64,000 nt of DNA, taken from NCBI GenBank assembly GCA_963666985.2, contig CAXXIA010000002.1, positions 2,656,001-2,720,000 of the forward strand, written 5' to 3'. A program made the position numbers and the translations under genes. The notes beneath the pieces were generated by a model. That model had not been told where the DNA came from. It worked only from the letters and a program-made list of their open reading frames with translations, and did not search any database. The DNA comes from Spirochaetia bacterium (GTDB lineage Bacteria; Spirochaetota; Spirochaetia; DSM-2461). Numbering within the stretch: the stretch's first letter is position 1; every line of letters starts with the position of its first letter. This document shows positions 1 through 10,718 of the stretch, piece by piece.

Positions 1-106
1 GAGTGAGGGCGGGAGGAGAATTCCGGCCGGCGATGTTCCGGTTCGGCGGGATTCTCCTTAACAAAGGCCCTACACCCGACGTCTCTTCCAAGATATCATA
101 ATCCTC

Positions 107-1585
107 ATGACTCTCCTTTGGTACGATTTGGAAACCTTCGGCCGTAATCCTCGCTTCGACCGCATCGCCCAGTTTGCCGCGCTGCGGACCGACGATGCTT
201 TTCGGCCGCTTGAAGATCCCGTCGTTCTTTACGGAAAGCTCAGTCCCGACTATCTCCCCGATCCTCTGGCCTGCCTGATAACCGGCATTACCCCCCAGGA
301 CGCCAACGCAAGGGGGATGGTGGAAGCCGAGCTCGTTCGGGCCATGGATGCGTATCTCTCACGTCCCGGAACCTGCGCTTTGGGCTACAACAGCATCGCC
401 TTCGACGATGAGTTCGTTCGGAACCTTTATTACCGGAATTTTTTCGATCCCTACCGCCGAGAATGGGCCGACGGGAATTCGCGCTGGGACATCCTCGATT
501 TGGTCAGGGCGACACGGGACTTGCGTCCCGAGGGCATCGAGTGGCCCGTAACCGAGGAAGGAAAGCCGTCGGTTAAACTCGAACTGCTCACGGCGGCGAA
601 CGGTTTATCCCATGAACACGCGCACGATGCCCTTTCCGATGTTTACGCCACAGCCGCCGTGGCGAAACTGATTCATGGGAAACAGCCGAAACTCTTTGAA
701 TGGGCCTTCCGGCATCGAACGAAAGATCGGGCCCGAACGCTGATCGATTTGGCCGAACGAACGCCCCTGGTTCATACCTCGTCAAGCTATTACAGCGAAA
801 AGGGCAGTACCACGCTTGTCTGTCCGCTGGTAACCGATCCCGAGCGCCGCAATGTCGTTTACGCCTTCGATCTTCGTTTTAATCCCGAGCCGCTGCTGAC
901 TCTTCCCGAGGATGAAATCCGCCGCCGTATTTTTACCTCTTCGGCCGAATTGGCCGCCGACGATGTTGAACGGATACCCCTGAAAGGGATTGCGATGAAT
1001 AAGGCGCCCTTTCTGGCTCCCCGGTCGGTTCTTACCGCGGATGCCGCCGCCCGGCTGGGCATCGACATATCGGCGGCCTCGGAACATTGGGAACGGCTGC
1101 GGCGAGACACGGGAATCGTTGCCAAGCTGAGACGCGTTTTTTCACAGCAGCCCGACTGGGGCTCCGTGGACGATCCCGATCTTCAGATTTACGACCGCTT
1201 TTTCCCCGATGAAGACCGTGCCGTTCTGGAGGAGATTCGAAAGACTCCTCCGGAGGAATTGGCCGATTTGCGTCCTCAAGCCAAAGATCCCCGAATCCCC
1301 GAAATGCTTCGGCGCTACAGAGGGCGGAACTGGCCCGAAACGCTGAATAAAGAGGAGAAGGAACGCTGGCGGAGTTTTTGCGCTTCGCGCATTCTTTTTC
1401 CGCCGATACCCGATGCTTCGGATTTGGGAGAGTATCGAAAACGGCTGGAAGCATGGAGAAACAGTGATGAACTGGAGGCGGCTAAAAAACCCGTCATAAA
1501 AGCTTTGGAAGAGTACGGAGATATCCTGGAAGCCGAGGTGCTCACCGAATCCGGCGGTTACAGTTCATCGGACGAAAGGCGTTAA
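107..1585 (+). CDS. sbcB: Exodeoxyribonuclease I
   Basis: DEDDh exonuclease motifs WYDLETFG, GYNSIAFDDE and HAHDALSDV, with ExoI-like C-terminus (YRGRNWPETL). Confidence 0.92.
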   Translation: MTLLWYDLETFGRNPRFDRIAQFAALRTDDAFRPLEDPVVLYGKLSPDYLPDPLACLITGITPQDANARGMVEAELVRAMDAYLSRPGTCALGYNSIAFDDEFVRNLYYRNFFDPYRREWADGNSRWDILDLVRATRDLRPEGIEWPVTEEGKPSVKLELLTAANGLSHEHAHDALSDVYATAAVAKLIHGKQPKLFEWAFRHRTKDRARTLIDLAERTPLVHTSSSYYSEKGSTTLVCPLVTDPERRNVVYAFDLRFNPEPLLTLPEDEIRRRIFTSSAELAADDVERIPLKGIAMNKAPFLAPRSVLTADAAARLGIDISAASEHWERLRRDTGIVAKLRRVFSQQPDWGSVDDPDLQIYDRFFPDEDRAVLEEIRKTPPEELADLRPQAKDPRIPEMLRRYRGRNWPETLNKEEKERWRSFCASRILFPPIPDASDLGEYRKRLEAWRNSDELEAAKKPVIKALEEYGDILEAEVLTESGGYSSSDERR

Positions 1586-1689
1586 GCTCCATAAAAGCCG
1601 CGGTATAAAAAGATCTAAAGTAATAGCATGCTATTGATATGTTGTTTTGAATCTGATATGAAGTATCCGGCTGGAGATAAAGTCCGGTG

Positions 1690-2121
1690 ATGGATCACAA
1701 ACCCACAGGATATCTGCTGAAGCAGATTCACGACGCACTTGAGAAGAAGGCCAACAACGATTTGCGGTCCATGGATTTAACCATGTCCCAGCTTGAGGTT
1801 CTGCTGCTTCTTGATGAGGTTCGGGATAAATCACTTCCTTTGAAAGAGTTGGAAAATAGACTCGGAGTCTCGCAGCCTACCGCCGCGGGAATTGTCAAAA
1901 GAATGGAATTAAAAGGGTTCGTCGAAAGCCGCGGGGAAGAAAGAGACAGACGCATTAAAGTTATTCGACTGACTCCGCGGGGAGTGAAACTCAGTTCTTC
2001 AGCCAAAAGCAATATCGGCGGTGTCGACGATTTAATGTTTGAGGGTTTGACCCAAGAAGAGCTGTCCGTATTTCACCGCATCCTTTTCCATATTCGCGGC
2101 AATCTGGAGAAAGATTCATAA
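1690..2121 (+). CDS. MarR family transcriptional regulator
   Basis: wHTH features (LTMSQLEVL, DRRIKVIRLT); directly upstream of a MATE pump; start may be GTG 1687. Confidence 0.88.
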   Translation: MDHKPTGYLLKQIHDALEKKANNDLRSMDLTMSQLEVLLLLDEVRDKSLPLKELENRLGVSQPTAAGIVKRMELKGFVESRGEERDRRIKVIRLTPRGVKLSSSAKSNIGGVDDLMFEGLTQEELSVFHRILFHIRGNLEKDS

Positions 2122-2171
2122 TTAAGAATCATACTTGAGGGATTCGGCCGCTCTCGAAAATAAGGCGCACA

Positions 2172-3566
2172 ATGGATAAATCAAATGAAAAATTAGCCGT
2201 ATTCAGTACGATGCCCGTACCGCAGGCCGTTATGAAAAATGTTCTTCCGGCGGTTGCTGCCATGATTATGGTGCTCATTTACAACCTCGCGGATACGTTC
2301 TTCATCGGTCAAACCCATGATGATTTTCAAGTCGCGGCCGTGTCGCTGGCCACTCCTGTTTTTTTACTTTTCATGTCGCTCGGCAATGTGTTCGGGATTG
2401 GAGGCACCTCCGTTATTTCTCGCGCGCTGGGCGAGAGGCGAGGAGAGTTCGCGCGAAAGGTCTCCGCTTTTTGCGCGTGGGCTTCAATCGGTACGGGCGT
2501 TATCGCTTCGCTTCTGATGGCCGTATTTTTAGATAAGGTGCTCTCTCTTATCGGGGCGAGTGATGAAACTTGGGATTTTGTAAAAAGTTATCTTTCAATA
2601 GTACTGATAAGCGGACCCTTTGTTCTTTTCGCCACATGTTTTTCCAACATCCTTCGAGCCGAAGGGCAATCGAACAAGGCGATGATGGGATCGCTCATCG
2701 GAAACGTGCTGAATATTATCCTGGATCCGATAATGATTTTATCGTTCGATTGGGGTATCGCGGGCGCGGCCGTCGCAACCGTAATCGGGAATGTCTTTGC
2801 GGCCTCCTATTATCTTTTCTATTTCCTCAAGAAAAAATCCATACTCAGCATCGGTATTCGTGATTTCTCCCTGAAAAAAGATGTCTTCGAAGGAGTTTTG
2901 ACTATCGGAATCCCGGCCGCATTGGGATCGCTGCTGATGAGCGTGTCTCAAATCGTCATGAACAGTTTGATGGCCTCGTACGGAGATATGGAAATCGCGG
3001 CGGTGGGCGTGGCCATGAAAGTCACCATGATTACCGGTATGATTTCCATCGGCCTTGGGCAGGGGGTTCAGCCGCTTCTCGGATATTCTTTCGGTGCAAG
3101 AAACTTGGACCGATATCGAAACATCCTGCGTTTTTCAGTCGTTCTCGCGTTTCTGATCGGCGTAAGTCTGACTCTTATTTGTTTGGGATTTACCCACCAA
3201 ATTGTCGGAGTATTTCTCACGGAGAAGAAAGCCATGAAATTCGGTGTTGAATTCACGCATATTTTACTCACGACAAGTTCTTTATTCGGCGTTTTCTATG
3301 TTTTGGTAAACGCTTTGCAGGCGATCGGAGCCGCGAAGGCGTCTCTGCTGATTAATTTGAGCCGCCAGGGCATTCTCTATATTCCGGCTCTGTTTATCCT
3401 GCGTTCGCTCTTGAATGTTCAAGGATTGATTTGGGCGCAGCCTTTGGTGGATGTTCTTTCGATCATCATCGCCGCCGTACTCTATGCTTCGACAATAAAC
3501 GGCTATAAAACACGTTTGGAATATCAACAGGCGGAGAATAAACACCCGGCAGCCGGAACATCATGA
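2172..3566 (+). CDS. MATE family efflux transporter
   Basis: YNLADTFFIG and LNIILDPIMI motifs, about 12 hydrophobic segments. Confidence 0.92.
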   Translation: MDKSNEKLAVFSTMPVPQAVMKNVLPAVAAMIMVLIYNLADTFFIGQTHDDFQVAAVSLATPVFLLFMSLGNVFGIGGTSVISRALGERRGEFARKVSAFCAWASIGTGVIASLLMAVFLDKVLSLIGASDETWDFVKSYLSIVLISGPFVLFATCFSNILRAEGQSNKAMMGSLIGNVLNIILDPIMILSFDWGIAGAAVATVIGNVFAASYYLFYFLKKKSILSIGIRDFSLKKDVFEGVLTIGIPAALGSLLMSVSQIVMNSLMASYGDMEIAAVGVAMKVTMITGMISIGLGQGVQPLLGYSFGARNLDRYRNILRFSVVLAFLIGVSLTLICLGFTHQIVGVFLTEKKAMKFGVEFTHILLTTSSLFGVFYVLVNALQAIGAAKASLLINLSRQGILYIPALFILRSLLNVQGLIWAQPLVDVLSIIIAAVLYASTINGYKTRLEYQQAENKHPAAGTS

Positions 3567-3622
3567 GCATTTCGAGAATCGCCGGAGATTCAATGCGAAA
3601 GGTGTATCTTCAAAGAGGCTTT

Positions 3623-4117
3623 TTATCGAATATTTTTAAACAGTTGATTTTCTTTTAGGCTGAAATTGACTTCAAAGATCCCTTTGGTTACTCGAAAGGG
3701 AAGGGTAATCACGGGTGTGTTCTGGGGCCAAGCGATACTGTGATTTTTTCCTTGGATAACGAGAGGAACCGTAATATCCAAATCGTATTGATTGATTTTT
3801 CCTACGGTTTTTCCCGCGATCATATTGATGATTTCGCCTACCATGCTGTTGATCATATCGCTTTTTTCATCTTCATTTTCGTCATCATAAAGGATCTTAC
3901 TGGCTTTCAGAATTTTCTCCACAAGTATTTGGGTAAGACGGAGAGCGATAACTCCGTCGGCGGCACCGACAATACCGATAACTCCGGAAATATCCCAGCG
4001 ATGGGCTGCAAAGCGTTCAAGAATTACCGGTTTTCCGGCTGTCGGTGTTTCGCCGATTAAGGATTCAAAAATCTCAAGGGTTGAATCCAAAAAAGGATTA
4101 ATATGGTTCGCATTCAT
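3623..4117 (-). CDS. cheX: Chemotaxis phosphatase CheX
   Basis: INPF start, DISGVIGIVG, and ExxN motif (GEIINMIAG). Confidence 0.85.
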   Translation of the reverse strand: MNANHINPFLDSTLEIFESLIGETPTAGKPVILERFAAHRWDISGVIGIVGAADGVIALRLTQILVEKILKASKILYDDENEDEKSDMINSMVGEIINMIAGKTVGKINQYDLDITVPLVIQGKNHSIAWPQNTPVITLPFRVTKGIFEVNFSLKENQLFKNIR

Positions 4118-4389
4118 CTGAAATCCTATAAATATTGTACCTCAAGTTTTGAAAATGCATATAGCGAATTCAAGATTAACGGTTCGGCACAGGTAAATCC
4201 GTATGAGGCCGAATGTCGAGCTTCCTCTTCTTTAAAGGCAATTGTAGGGCTCTCCGCTCAAATGGCTTTATTTCTTATTTTTTCATCTTATTCGATGCTT
4301 CGACAGGCCGAAACCGCTGCTGTCCGGGCTGTAGGCAAGCTGAAAAGCTCGACATTCGGCCGATTTAAAACGCGGTTATTCAGCAGTCG

Positions 4390-5169
4390 TTAGGCAGTCA
4401 TGCCGCCGTCCACGGGAATGAGGATGCCGGTAAGGTATGCGGAAGCCTCCGTTACCAGAAAAAGAACGGCGCGGGCCACATCGTCCACCTCGCCGTAACG
4501 GCGCATGGGAATGGATTTGAGGACGTATTCGGCGTTCTTCTCATTCTCCAGCATGGGTTTAATCATATCCGTATTGATATACCCCGGAGCCACGGCGTTC
4601 ACGCTGATATTATAGCGGGCCCATTCTTTGGCCATGATTTTGGTTAAGTGCACCACGCCCGCCTTAGCCGATCCGTAAACCGAGACGTATTTGGGAGTCA
4701 TGATGCCGGCGGCGGACGCAAGATTCACGATTCGGCCTCCGGTCTTCCGGTCCTTCATGCATTCGGCCACTGCTTGGGAGGTGAAGTAGAGCCCTTTGAG
4801 ATCGACGTTCTGGACGAAGTCCCATTCCTTTTCGGTCACCTCGAAAATCGGTTTTTCCGGAATCGTTACGCCCGCGTTATTCACCAGGATGTCGATTTTT
4901 CCGTATTTCGAGAGAACCGTTTCAACCATCGCTTTTACACTTTCGGATGATGAGACATCGACGGCCGTTCCCGATGCCCGAAGCCCTTCGCTCTTCAGTG
5001 CTTCAGCGGCTTTGTCGCAAACTTCCCGGTTGAGATCCGTAACGACGACATGGGCGCCGGCCGCCGCCATAACACCGGCAATCCGCAGGCCGATGCCCCG
5101 GCCGGCGCCTGTGACGACGGCGATTTTTTCCGAAAGATCGTATGTGGGAACGCTGTTCCTGAAGCTCAT
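4390..5169 (-). CDS. SDR family oxidoreductase
   Basis: TGAGRGIG, NNAG and YGSAK motifs; start moved to ATG 5169 behind a GGAGG RBS. Confidence 0.9.
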   Translation of the reverse strand: MSFRNSVPTYDLSEKIAVVTGAGRGIGLRIAGVMAAAGAHVVVTDLNREVCDKAAEALKSEGLRASGTAVDVSSSESVKAMVETVLSKYGKIDILVNNAGVTIPEKPIFEVTEKEWDFVQNVDLKGLYFTSQAVAECMKDRKTGGRIVNLASAAGIMTPKYVSVYGSAKAGVVHLTKIMAKEWARYNISVNAVAPGYINTDMIKPMLENEKNAEYVLKSIPMRRYGEVDDVARAVLFLVTEASAYLTGILIPVDGGMTA

Positions 5170-5337
5170 GATGCACCTCCATGGTGTGGTTGTTTCCGCC
5201 GGATACATGCCGCAGCGGTTATGGATTCCGGTTCATGGTTCCGGCGGTCGAAGTCTGTCTCGGGAGTTCCCGGTCCGGCTTCTATGGAATCGCGGCAAAC
5301 AATCGGCTCACCCCGACGGCTTTTTTGCCTTCCGTTT

Positions 5338-6126
5338 TTAATTACAGCAGGTGGCGCCCATGTCGGCGACAAGTGCGGCCCCCGTTATAATGCTGCTTGA
5401 GTCGGAGGCCAGAAAGAGTGCCACGGCCGCCACTTCCCGGGTTTCTCCGAATCGGCGCAGAGGGATTTTTTTCAGGGTTTTCTCTTTGAATTTGGGATCG
5501 TCGAGGTTGGCCGCGTTTAAATCCGTTCGAACATATCCGGGACAGATCGCGTTTACCAGAATCCCGAACTTTCCCCATTCGGCCGCCATGCTTTTGGTCA
5601 GGTTGATAACGGCCGCTTTGCCGGCTCCGTAGGTTGAGAGATAGTAGTTCCCGTTGAGTCCTCCGATCGAGGCCATGTTGATGATTCGGCCCGAACCCCG
5701 CTCTTTCATCACTTCGGCCGCGGCTTGAGAACCGAAATAGACGGAACGAAGATTGGCATCCAGAACTCGGTCGTATTCTTCTTCACTCGTGTCCAGAATC
5801 GACTGCGTAACCGCCGTACCCGCGTTGTTCACCAGGATGTCCAATTGACCGTAGATTCGGATTGTTTCTTTGATGATCTTTGAAAACTCTTCGGGCCTGC
5901 TTACGTCCGTTTGAATCCCGACGGCTTCACCCCCCAATGCGTTTACCTCGGCGGCAACATTGTCGCAGTCATCCCGGTGCCGGCTTGTTATTACAATTTT
6001 GGCCCCGTAGTAGGCGTAGGTCATAACGATGGCGTAGCCCAAACCCTTAGTGCCGCCGGTTACGATGGCGACTTTGCCCGAAAGATCGAAGGTGGGCATT
6101 GGGAAAGGCATCTTATCTTTATTCAC
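5338..6126 (-). CDS. SDR family oxidoreductase
   Basis: TGGTKGLG, NNAG and YGAGK motifs; GTG start with GGAGG RBS. Confidence 0.9.
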   Translation of the reverse strand: MNKDKMPFPMPTFDLSGKVAIVTGGTKGLGYAIVMTYAYYGAKIVITSRHRDDCDNVAAEVNALGGEAVGIQTDVSRPEEFSKIIKETIRIYGQLDILVNNAGTAVTQSILDTSEEEYDRVLDANLRSVYFGSQAAAEVMKERGSGRIINMASIGGLNGNYYLSTYGAGKAAVINLTKSMAAEWGKFGILVNAICPGYVRTDLNAANLDDPKFKEKTLKKIPLRRFGETREVAAVALFLASDSSSIITGAALVADMGATCCN

Positions 6127-6606
6127 GGGAAACCTCCGTGCCGAATGCGGGTGGCGCTTTTTCGACAGCTGAATTGAGATTATCGTGCCTGGAGAAATGG
6201 ATCAATCACACCCCGAATCGCTTGTGCGGGCGGCATCGTAATCATCATCCCCGATGCCGCCGGCGTCCTGTGCGCGTGAATCATCCCGGTTTTCCCGGAT
6301 ATGCATCGCTTCCCGCCGTCCGTGTTTTCATCGGCGCGGGTGAGGTTTGAATTTTACCGAACGGCGGCCAGAGGGAAATCCCGGATGGAATTCGGTTTTT
6401 GCCGAATGTCGGAAGACTCTGTCGGCGAATCCGCGTATGCGGGTGCGCCGACCGCTGGTTTGATACAAGGACAAAAAAACCAAAATCGGTATACTGAAAC
6501 GGAGGCCCTTCGCCGGTGCCGGAGTATCGGAAAGAATTTCTATGCTTCAATAAATAGCTTTTTGGTAGTATTTTCTAAATCTGCTGAATTCCCCAAGGAG
6601 GAAGAT

Positions 6607-7791
6607 ATGCTTGATTTTCGTTTTATCAGTCCCACGCAATTTGTTTTCGGCAAGAACGCCGAAGCGGCTCTGTCCGAGGAGGCGGCAAAACTCGGCGGGA
6701 AAATTCTCTTCCATTTCGGAGGCGGGAGCATTAAAGCCTCCGGCCTTTACGAGCGGGTAAAATCAAGCCTTGCCAAGGCGGGAATCGAATATGTCGAACT
6801 CGGCGGTGTGAAACCCAATCCGGCACTTTCTTTGGTTCGCGAGGGCATTCATATCTGCCGCTCCGAGAACATAACCGGGATTCTGGCCGTGGGCGGAGGA
6901 TCGGTTATCGATTCGGCCAAGGCGATTTCCATCGGTGTTCCCCATAATGGTGATGTCTGGGACTTCTATACCGGAAAGGCCGAGGCCTCATCCGCGCTGC
7001 CCCTGGGGGTGATTCTGACGATTCCCGCGGCCGGCAGCGAAGGCAGCAACGGTTCTGTTGTCAGCGACTACACAACGAAATCAAAGCTTGCCTACGGTAC
7101 GGATCTTTTTCGGCCTGTATTCGCTTTGATGAATCCCGAGCTTACCTTTACCCTCCCTCCGTATCAAACCGCCGCGGGTATCGTGGACATGATTTCCCAC
7201 GTGATGGAGAGATATTTCACGCAAGTTCCCGCCGTTGATTTAACCGACGGACTTTGTGAAACAGTCATCCGCAGCATCGTGAAGGCCGCGCCCAGGGTGT
7301 TTGAGAATCCGAATGATTATAACGCCAGGGCCGAAATCATGTGGGCCGGAATGATTGCTCATAACGATTTGGTCGGCCTGGGACGGCAAGGGGATTGGGC
7401 AAGCCATGGCATCGAACACGAACTTTCGGCCCAATACGACGTGGCTCACGGGGCCGGCCTTGCCGTGGTGTTTCCCGCCTGGATGAAGTTTCTCTACAAA
7501 GAAAATCTTGAACGTTTCGTTCAGTTCGCCGTGCGTATCTGGGATGTCGATTATACCGCCGGGGAAGAAGAAGCCGTGGCTCGGGAAGGCATCCGCCGCC
7601 ATGAGGCTTTTTATCGGTCCATCGGCATGCCCACCACTCTCGCCGCGCTGGGCGTTACGGACAACCGTTTTGAAGCAATGGCACGGCAGGCCGTCTCTCA
7701 CGGTCCTTTGGGAAGCTTCAAGAGACTCAGTCAGGATGATGTCGTCGCGATTTATAAATTGGCGGCGGGCAATCCGGATGGTAAGATGTAA
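6607..7791 (+). CDS. Iron-containing alcohol dehydrogenase (butanol dehydrogenase/YqhD-like)
   Basis: GGGSVID, AGSE, DMISHVMERY, HGIEH and HGAGLA motifs; start at ATG 6607 after AAGGAGG. Confidence 0.9.
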   Translation: MLDFRFISPTQFVFGKNAEAALSEEAAKLGGKILFHFGGGSIKASGLYERVKSSLAKAGIEYVELGGVKPNPALSLVREGIHICRSENITGILAVGGGSVIDSAKAISIGVPHNGDVWDFYTGKAEASSALPLGVILTIPAAGSEGSNGSVVSDYTTKSKLAYGTDLFRPVFALMNPELTFTLPPYQTAAGIVDMISHVMERYFTQVPAVDLTDGLCETVIRSIVKAAPRVFENPNDYNARAEIMWAGMIAHNDLVGLGRQGDWASHGIEHELSAQYDVAHGAGLAVVFPAWMKFLYKENLERFVQFAVRIWDVDYTAGEEEAVAREGIRRHEAFYRSIGMPTTLAALGVTDNRFEAMARQAVSHGPLGSFKRLSQDDVVAIYKLAAGNPDGKM

Positions 7792-7818
7792 GGCGCAACC
7801 AACCATGGGAGGAGCCCT

Positions 7819-10338
7819 ATGCGCCGTTTGCCTTATGTGTTCCTTTTTTTCGCGGTCTTAGTCCTCGGAACGTTTCCCGTCCCGCTGCTTTGCGCTTCAG
7901 AGCCGGATGTGCCGCCCGAAGTTCCCGGAAAAGTCGTTTATGTGCCTTTTCCGGTTGAAACGGGACCGAACGGCATGCCCGCCGACTGGGAGTCGATTCC
8001 TTCTTATACGGTCACCGCGGGATCGATGACCAAAACCATTGAAGGGGAGAACGATTCGTTCACGTTCTCCCTGGCCGCCGACGAAACGACTCTTTTTCTG
8101 CGATTTACCATGGCCGACAAGAACATTGTCGCGGGCATGCACGGCAAGGACTGGTGGAACGAGGATTCCCTGGAATTTTATCTGAACGATACGGGCGACA
8201 TCGGCACGACTTTTTTTCAGCCGGGCGTGGTGCAGGTGAATGTGAATGCGTCCGAGCTGGAAACGGGAGCTTTGAGCCTTTCCGGCAAACGTTTCGCGGA
8301 AGAACATCTGGACATCCGGGGAAGAACCTTTCGAACACAAGACGGATGGGGGTTTGAAGCCGCCGTTTCCATGGAGGGCCGAACCCTTCCGAAGCACGGA
8401 GCGGCCTTCGGCTTTCAGGCACAGGCCAACGGCGCCACACAAAAAGACCGGAACGTCAAACTCATCTGGTCCTCCTACGATACAAGGGATGAGTCATGGA
8501 AATCTCCGGCGCTTTTCGGTACGGCCGTGTATTACGAACTGGGTCGGGAAGATGTCCCCGAACCTCCTTCCCGATCCTCTTCCGGCGACCGAGATGCGGA
8601 TGTAAGAAAGGAGATTCCGATTCTTCAGCGCCCTCTTATCCGCATCAACCAGAATGCCTATCCCTGCCGGGGCCGTAAGATTGCCATGGCCGCGATTTCT
8701 TCCGAAGAGCCTTTGGAATGGGCTCTCTCCGATAAGTCCGGTATGGTGAAGGCCCGCGGGATGAGCGAACCCCATGGTCCGGATTTTATGAGCGGTGAAA
8801 CGCTCCATATCGTTGATTTTTCAGCATACGATGAAGCGGGTGAGGGATTTATCTTGAGTCTTGGTGATCTCCAAAGCCCGCCGATCAATATCGCCGCCAA
8901 TCCGTATAAGGCCCTTCTCGCCGATTCCCTGGCCTATTTCTACAGAAGCCGGGCCGGTATGAAAATCAATCCGTTTCTCGGAGGAAAGGACTGGGCGAGG
9001 GATGCCTGGTACTCATCGGACAATGCCGTGCGTCCGTTCTCGGGGACCGATACCAACGGCGTTGAATGGGAAGGCGGCGATTATACTCTGGATGCCGGCA
9101 AGGGGTGGTTCGATGCCGGAGACTATGGAAAATACACGGTCAACGGCGCCGTCGCCGCGTGGACTTTGGGAAATCTGTATGAGCATTTTCCCATGGCGGC
9201 GGGCGACGGCGAACTGGCGCTCCCGGAAACCGGCAACGGGATTCCCGACATTCTGGATGAAATCCGCTGGGAAATGGACTTCCTTTTAGGCATGCAGGTT
9301 CCCGAGGGAGAAGAACTCTCCGGCATGGTTCACCATAAGCTCCACGAAGCTCAGTGGACTTCCTTCCCCCTGAGGGGCGTTGTTTCCGCCGACGACAGAT
9401 TCGTCTTCCATCCCTCCACCGCCGCCACCTACGACATGGCCGCGGCGGCGGCCCAGTTTGCCCGTTTGATTGAACCGTATGACAAGGATTATGCCCGGCG
9501 CTGCCTGACGGCGGCAATCCGGGCCTGGACGGCCGCCGAAGGAAATCCCGAATTCCTCTATGGAAATATTCCGGGCTCCGGCGGCGGGAATTATGATGAT
9601 GCGGATGTTTCCGACGAACGGTTTTTCGCGGCGAGTGAACTTTTTGTAACAACCGGGGAGTCGCCATACCGCCGTATCGTGAAGGACTATCTGGAATCTC
9701 CCGAATGGAAGGAACGGGTCGGCAATCCCGGAAACACCCTTTCCTGGCAGCAGGTTTCCTACGCCGCTCTTCTTTCCTTGGCCGCCTCCCGCCGTCCCGG
9801 CTTCGGAGTCCGCAAAACGGCCGCTGAAGATCTTCTGGAAGCGGCCTCGGCCTATCTGCTGATCGCCGAAGCCGACGGATACCGCATTCCACTGACGAAC
9901 TATCCCTGGGGTTCCAATTCGGTTACGCTGAACAAGGGGATTCTGATGGCCGTTGCCGCCGAATTAACCGGCGAGAAAGAAACGGCGGAAGCTTTTCGGG
10001 AAACGGCGGCGGGTATTTTGGATTATCTCCTGGGAAGAAACGCTTTGGCCCAGAGTTATATAACCGGATACGGAATCTATGATTCTTTTGCGCCGCATCA
10101 CCGGTTTTGGGCTGCCGAACCGAAGATGGGTTATCCGTATCCGCCGCCGGGCGTGCTCGTCGGAGGACCGAACGCCGCTCCAAGTGATGAACCCGGCCTT
10201 GCCGTGAGGGGACGGTCCGCGGCAAAACGCTACGCGGATCATAACGAGTCGTTTTCCACCAATGAGGTGGCCGTGAATTGGAACGCCCCCTTGGCCTGGA
10301 TGGCCGCCTGGGCGTCGCAGATGGCCGGCAACGAGTAG
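7819..10338 (+). CDS. Secreted glycoside hydrolase family 9 (endoglucanase) with N-terminal CBM9-like and Ig-like domains
   Basis: Signal peptide; GH9 motifs WFDAGDYGKY, DYLLGRN, PHHR and NEVAVNWNA; N-terminal DSLEFY and FEAAV typical of CBM9-like domains. Confidence 0.85.
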   Translation: MRRLPYVFLFFAVLVLGTFPVPLLCASEPDVPPEVPGKVVYVPFPVETGPNGMPADWESIPSYTVTAGSMTKTIEGENDSFTFSLAADETTLFLRFTMADKNIVAGMHGKDWWNEDSLEFYLNDTGDIGTTFFQPGVVQVNVNASELETGALSLSGKRFAEEHLDIRGRTFRTQDGWGFEAAVSMEGRTLPKHGAAFGFQAQANGATQKDRNVKLIWSSYDTRDESWKSPALFGTAVYYELGREDVPEPPSRSSSGDRDADVRKEIPILQRPLIRINQNAYPCRGRKIAMAAISSEEPLEWALSDKSGMVKARGMSEPHGPDFMSGETLHIVDFSAYDEAGEGFILSLGDLQSPPINIAANPYKALLADSLAYFYRSRAGMKINPFLGGKDWARDAWYSSDNAVRPFSGTDTNGVEWEGGDYTLDAGKGWFDAGDYGKYTVNGAVAAWTLGNLYEHFPMAAGDGELALPETGNGIPDILDEIRWEMDFLLGMQVPEGEELSGMVHHKLHEAQWTSFPLRGVVSADDRFVFHPSTAATYDMAAAAAQFARLIEPYDKDYARRCLTAAIRAWTAAEGNPEFLYGNIPGSGGGNYDDADVSDERFFAASELFVTTGESPYRRIVKDYLESPEWKERVGNPGNTLSWQQVSYAALLSLAASRRPGFGVRKTAAEDLLEAASAYLLIAEADGYRIPLTNYPWGSNSVTLNKGILMAVAAELTGEKETAEAFRETAAGILDYLLGRNALAQSYITGYGIYDSFAPHHRFWAAEPKMGYPYPPPGVLVGGPNAAPSDEPGLAVRGRSAAKRYADHNESFSTNEVAVNWNAPLAWMAAWASQMAGNE

Positions 10339-10545
10339 TTGAAAATATGCCTTTGGTTCGTATCCGGGGTTCTGCCGCAGCGGAATGAGGATTATGGCGA
10401 ATACACGGCGATGCGGCGTCCGGCGATGCTCGAAATAATCGCTTTGCGCCGACCTGCGTCGGCTTGGTGGCTCGGTGGCGCCCATACTTTGTTTGGTGCA
10501 CCACCTGAGCCATCCTTGGTCTTCCGGCTGTCTTGGCTGCGAACC

Positions 10546-10621
10546 AGAGCCTCAACAGCGGTTCGACAACGTCGAATCGCGAGTCTAAACAGCTCAATAG
10601 CGTAGCTATTGAGCGAGTCTA
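10546..10621. repeat. Tandem 34-nt units (GCGAGYCTAMACAGC linker + 8-3-8 hairpin), 2 units
   Basis: GGTTCGAC-AAC-GTCGAATC / GCGAGTCTAAACAGC / TCAATAGC-GTA-GCTATTGA / GCGAGTCTA. Confidence 0.8.
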
Positions 10622-10718
10622 TTTTTTTGAAAAATGTTTAATTCAATAATTTTTCTTTTTTGTATGATTTTTTTATATGCATTAATATTCTCCTGAAACA
10701 TGTTTTTCAGGGGGTGTT

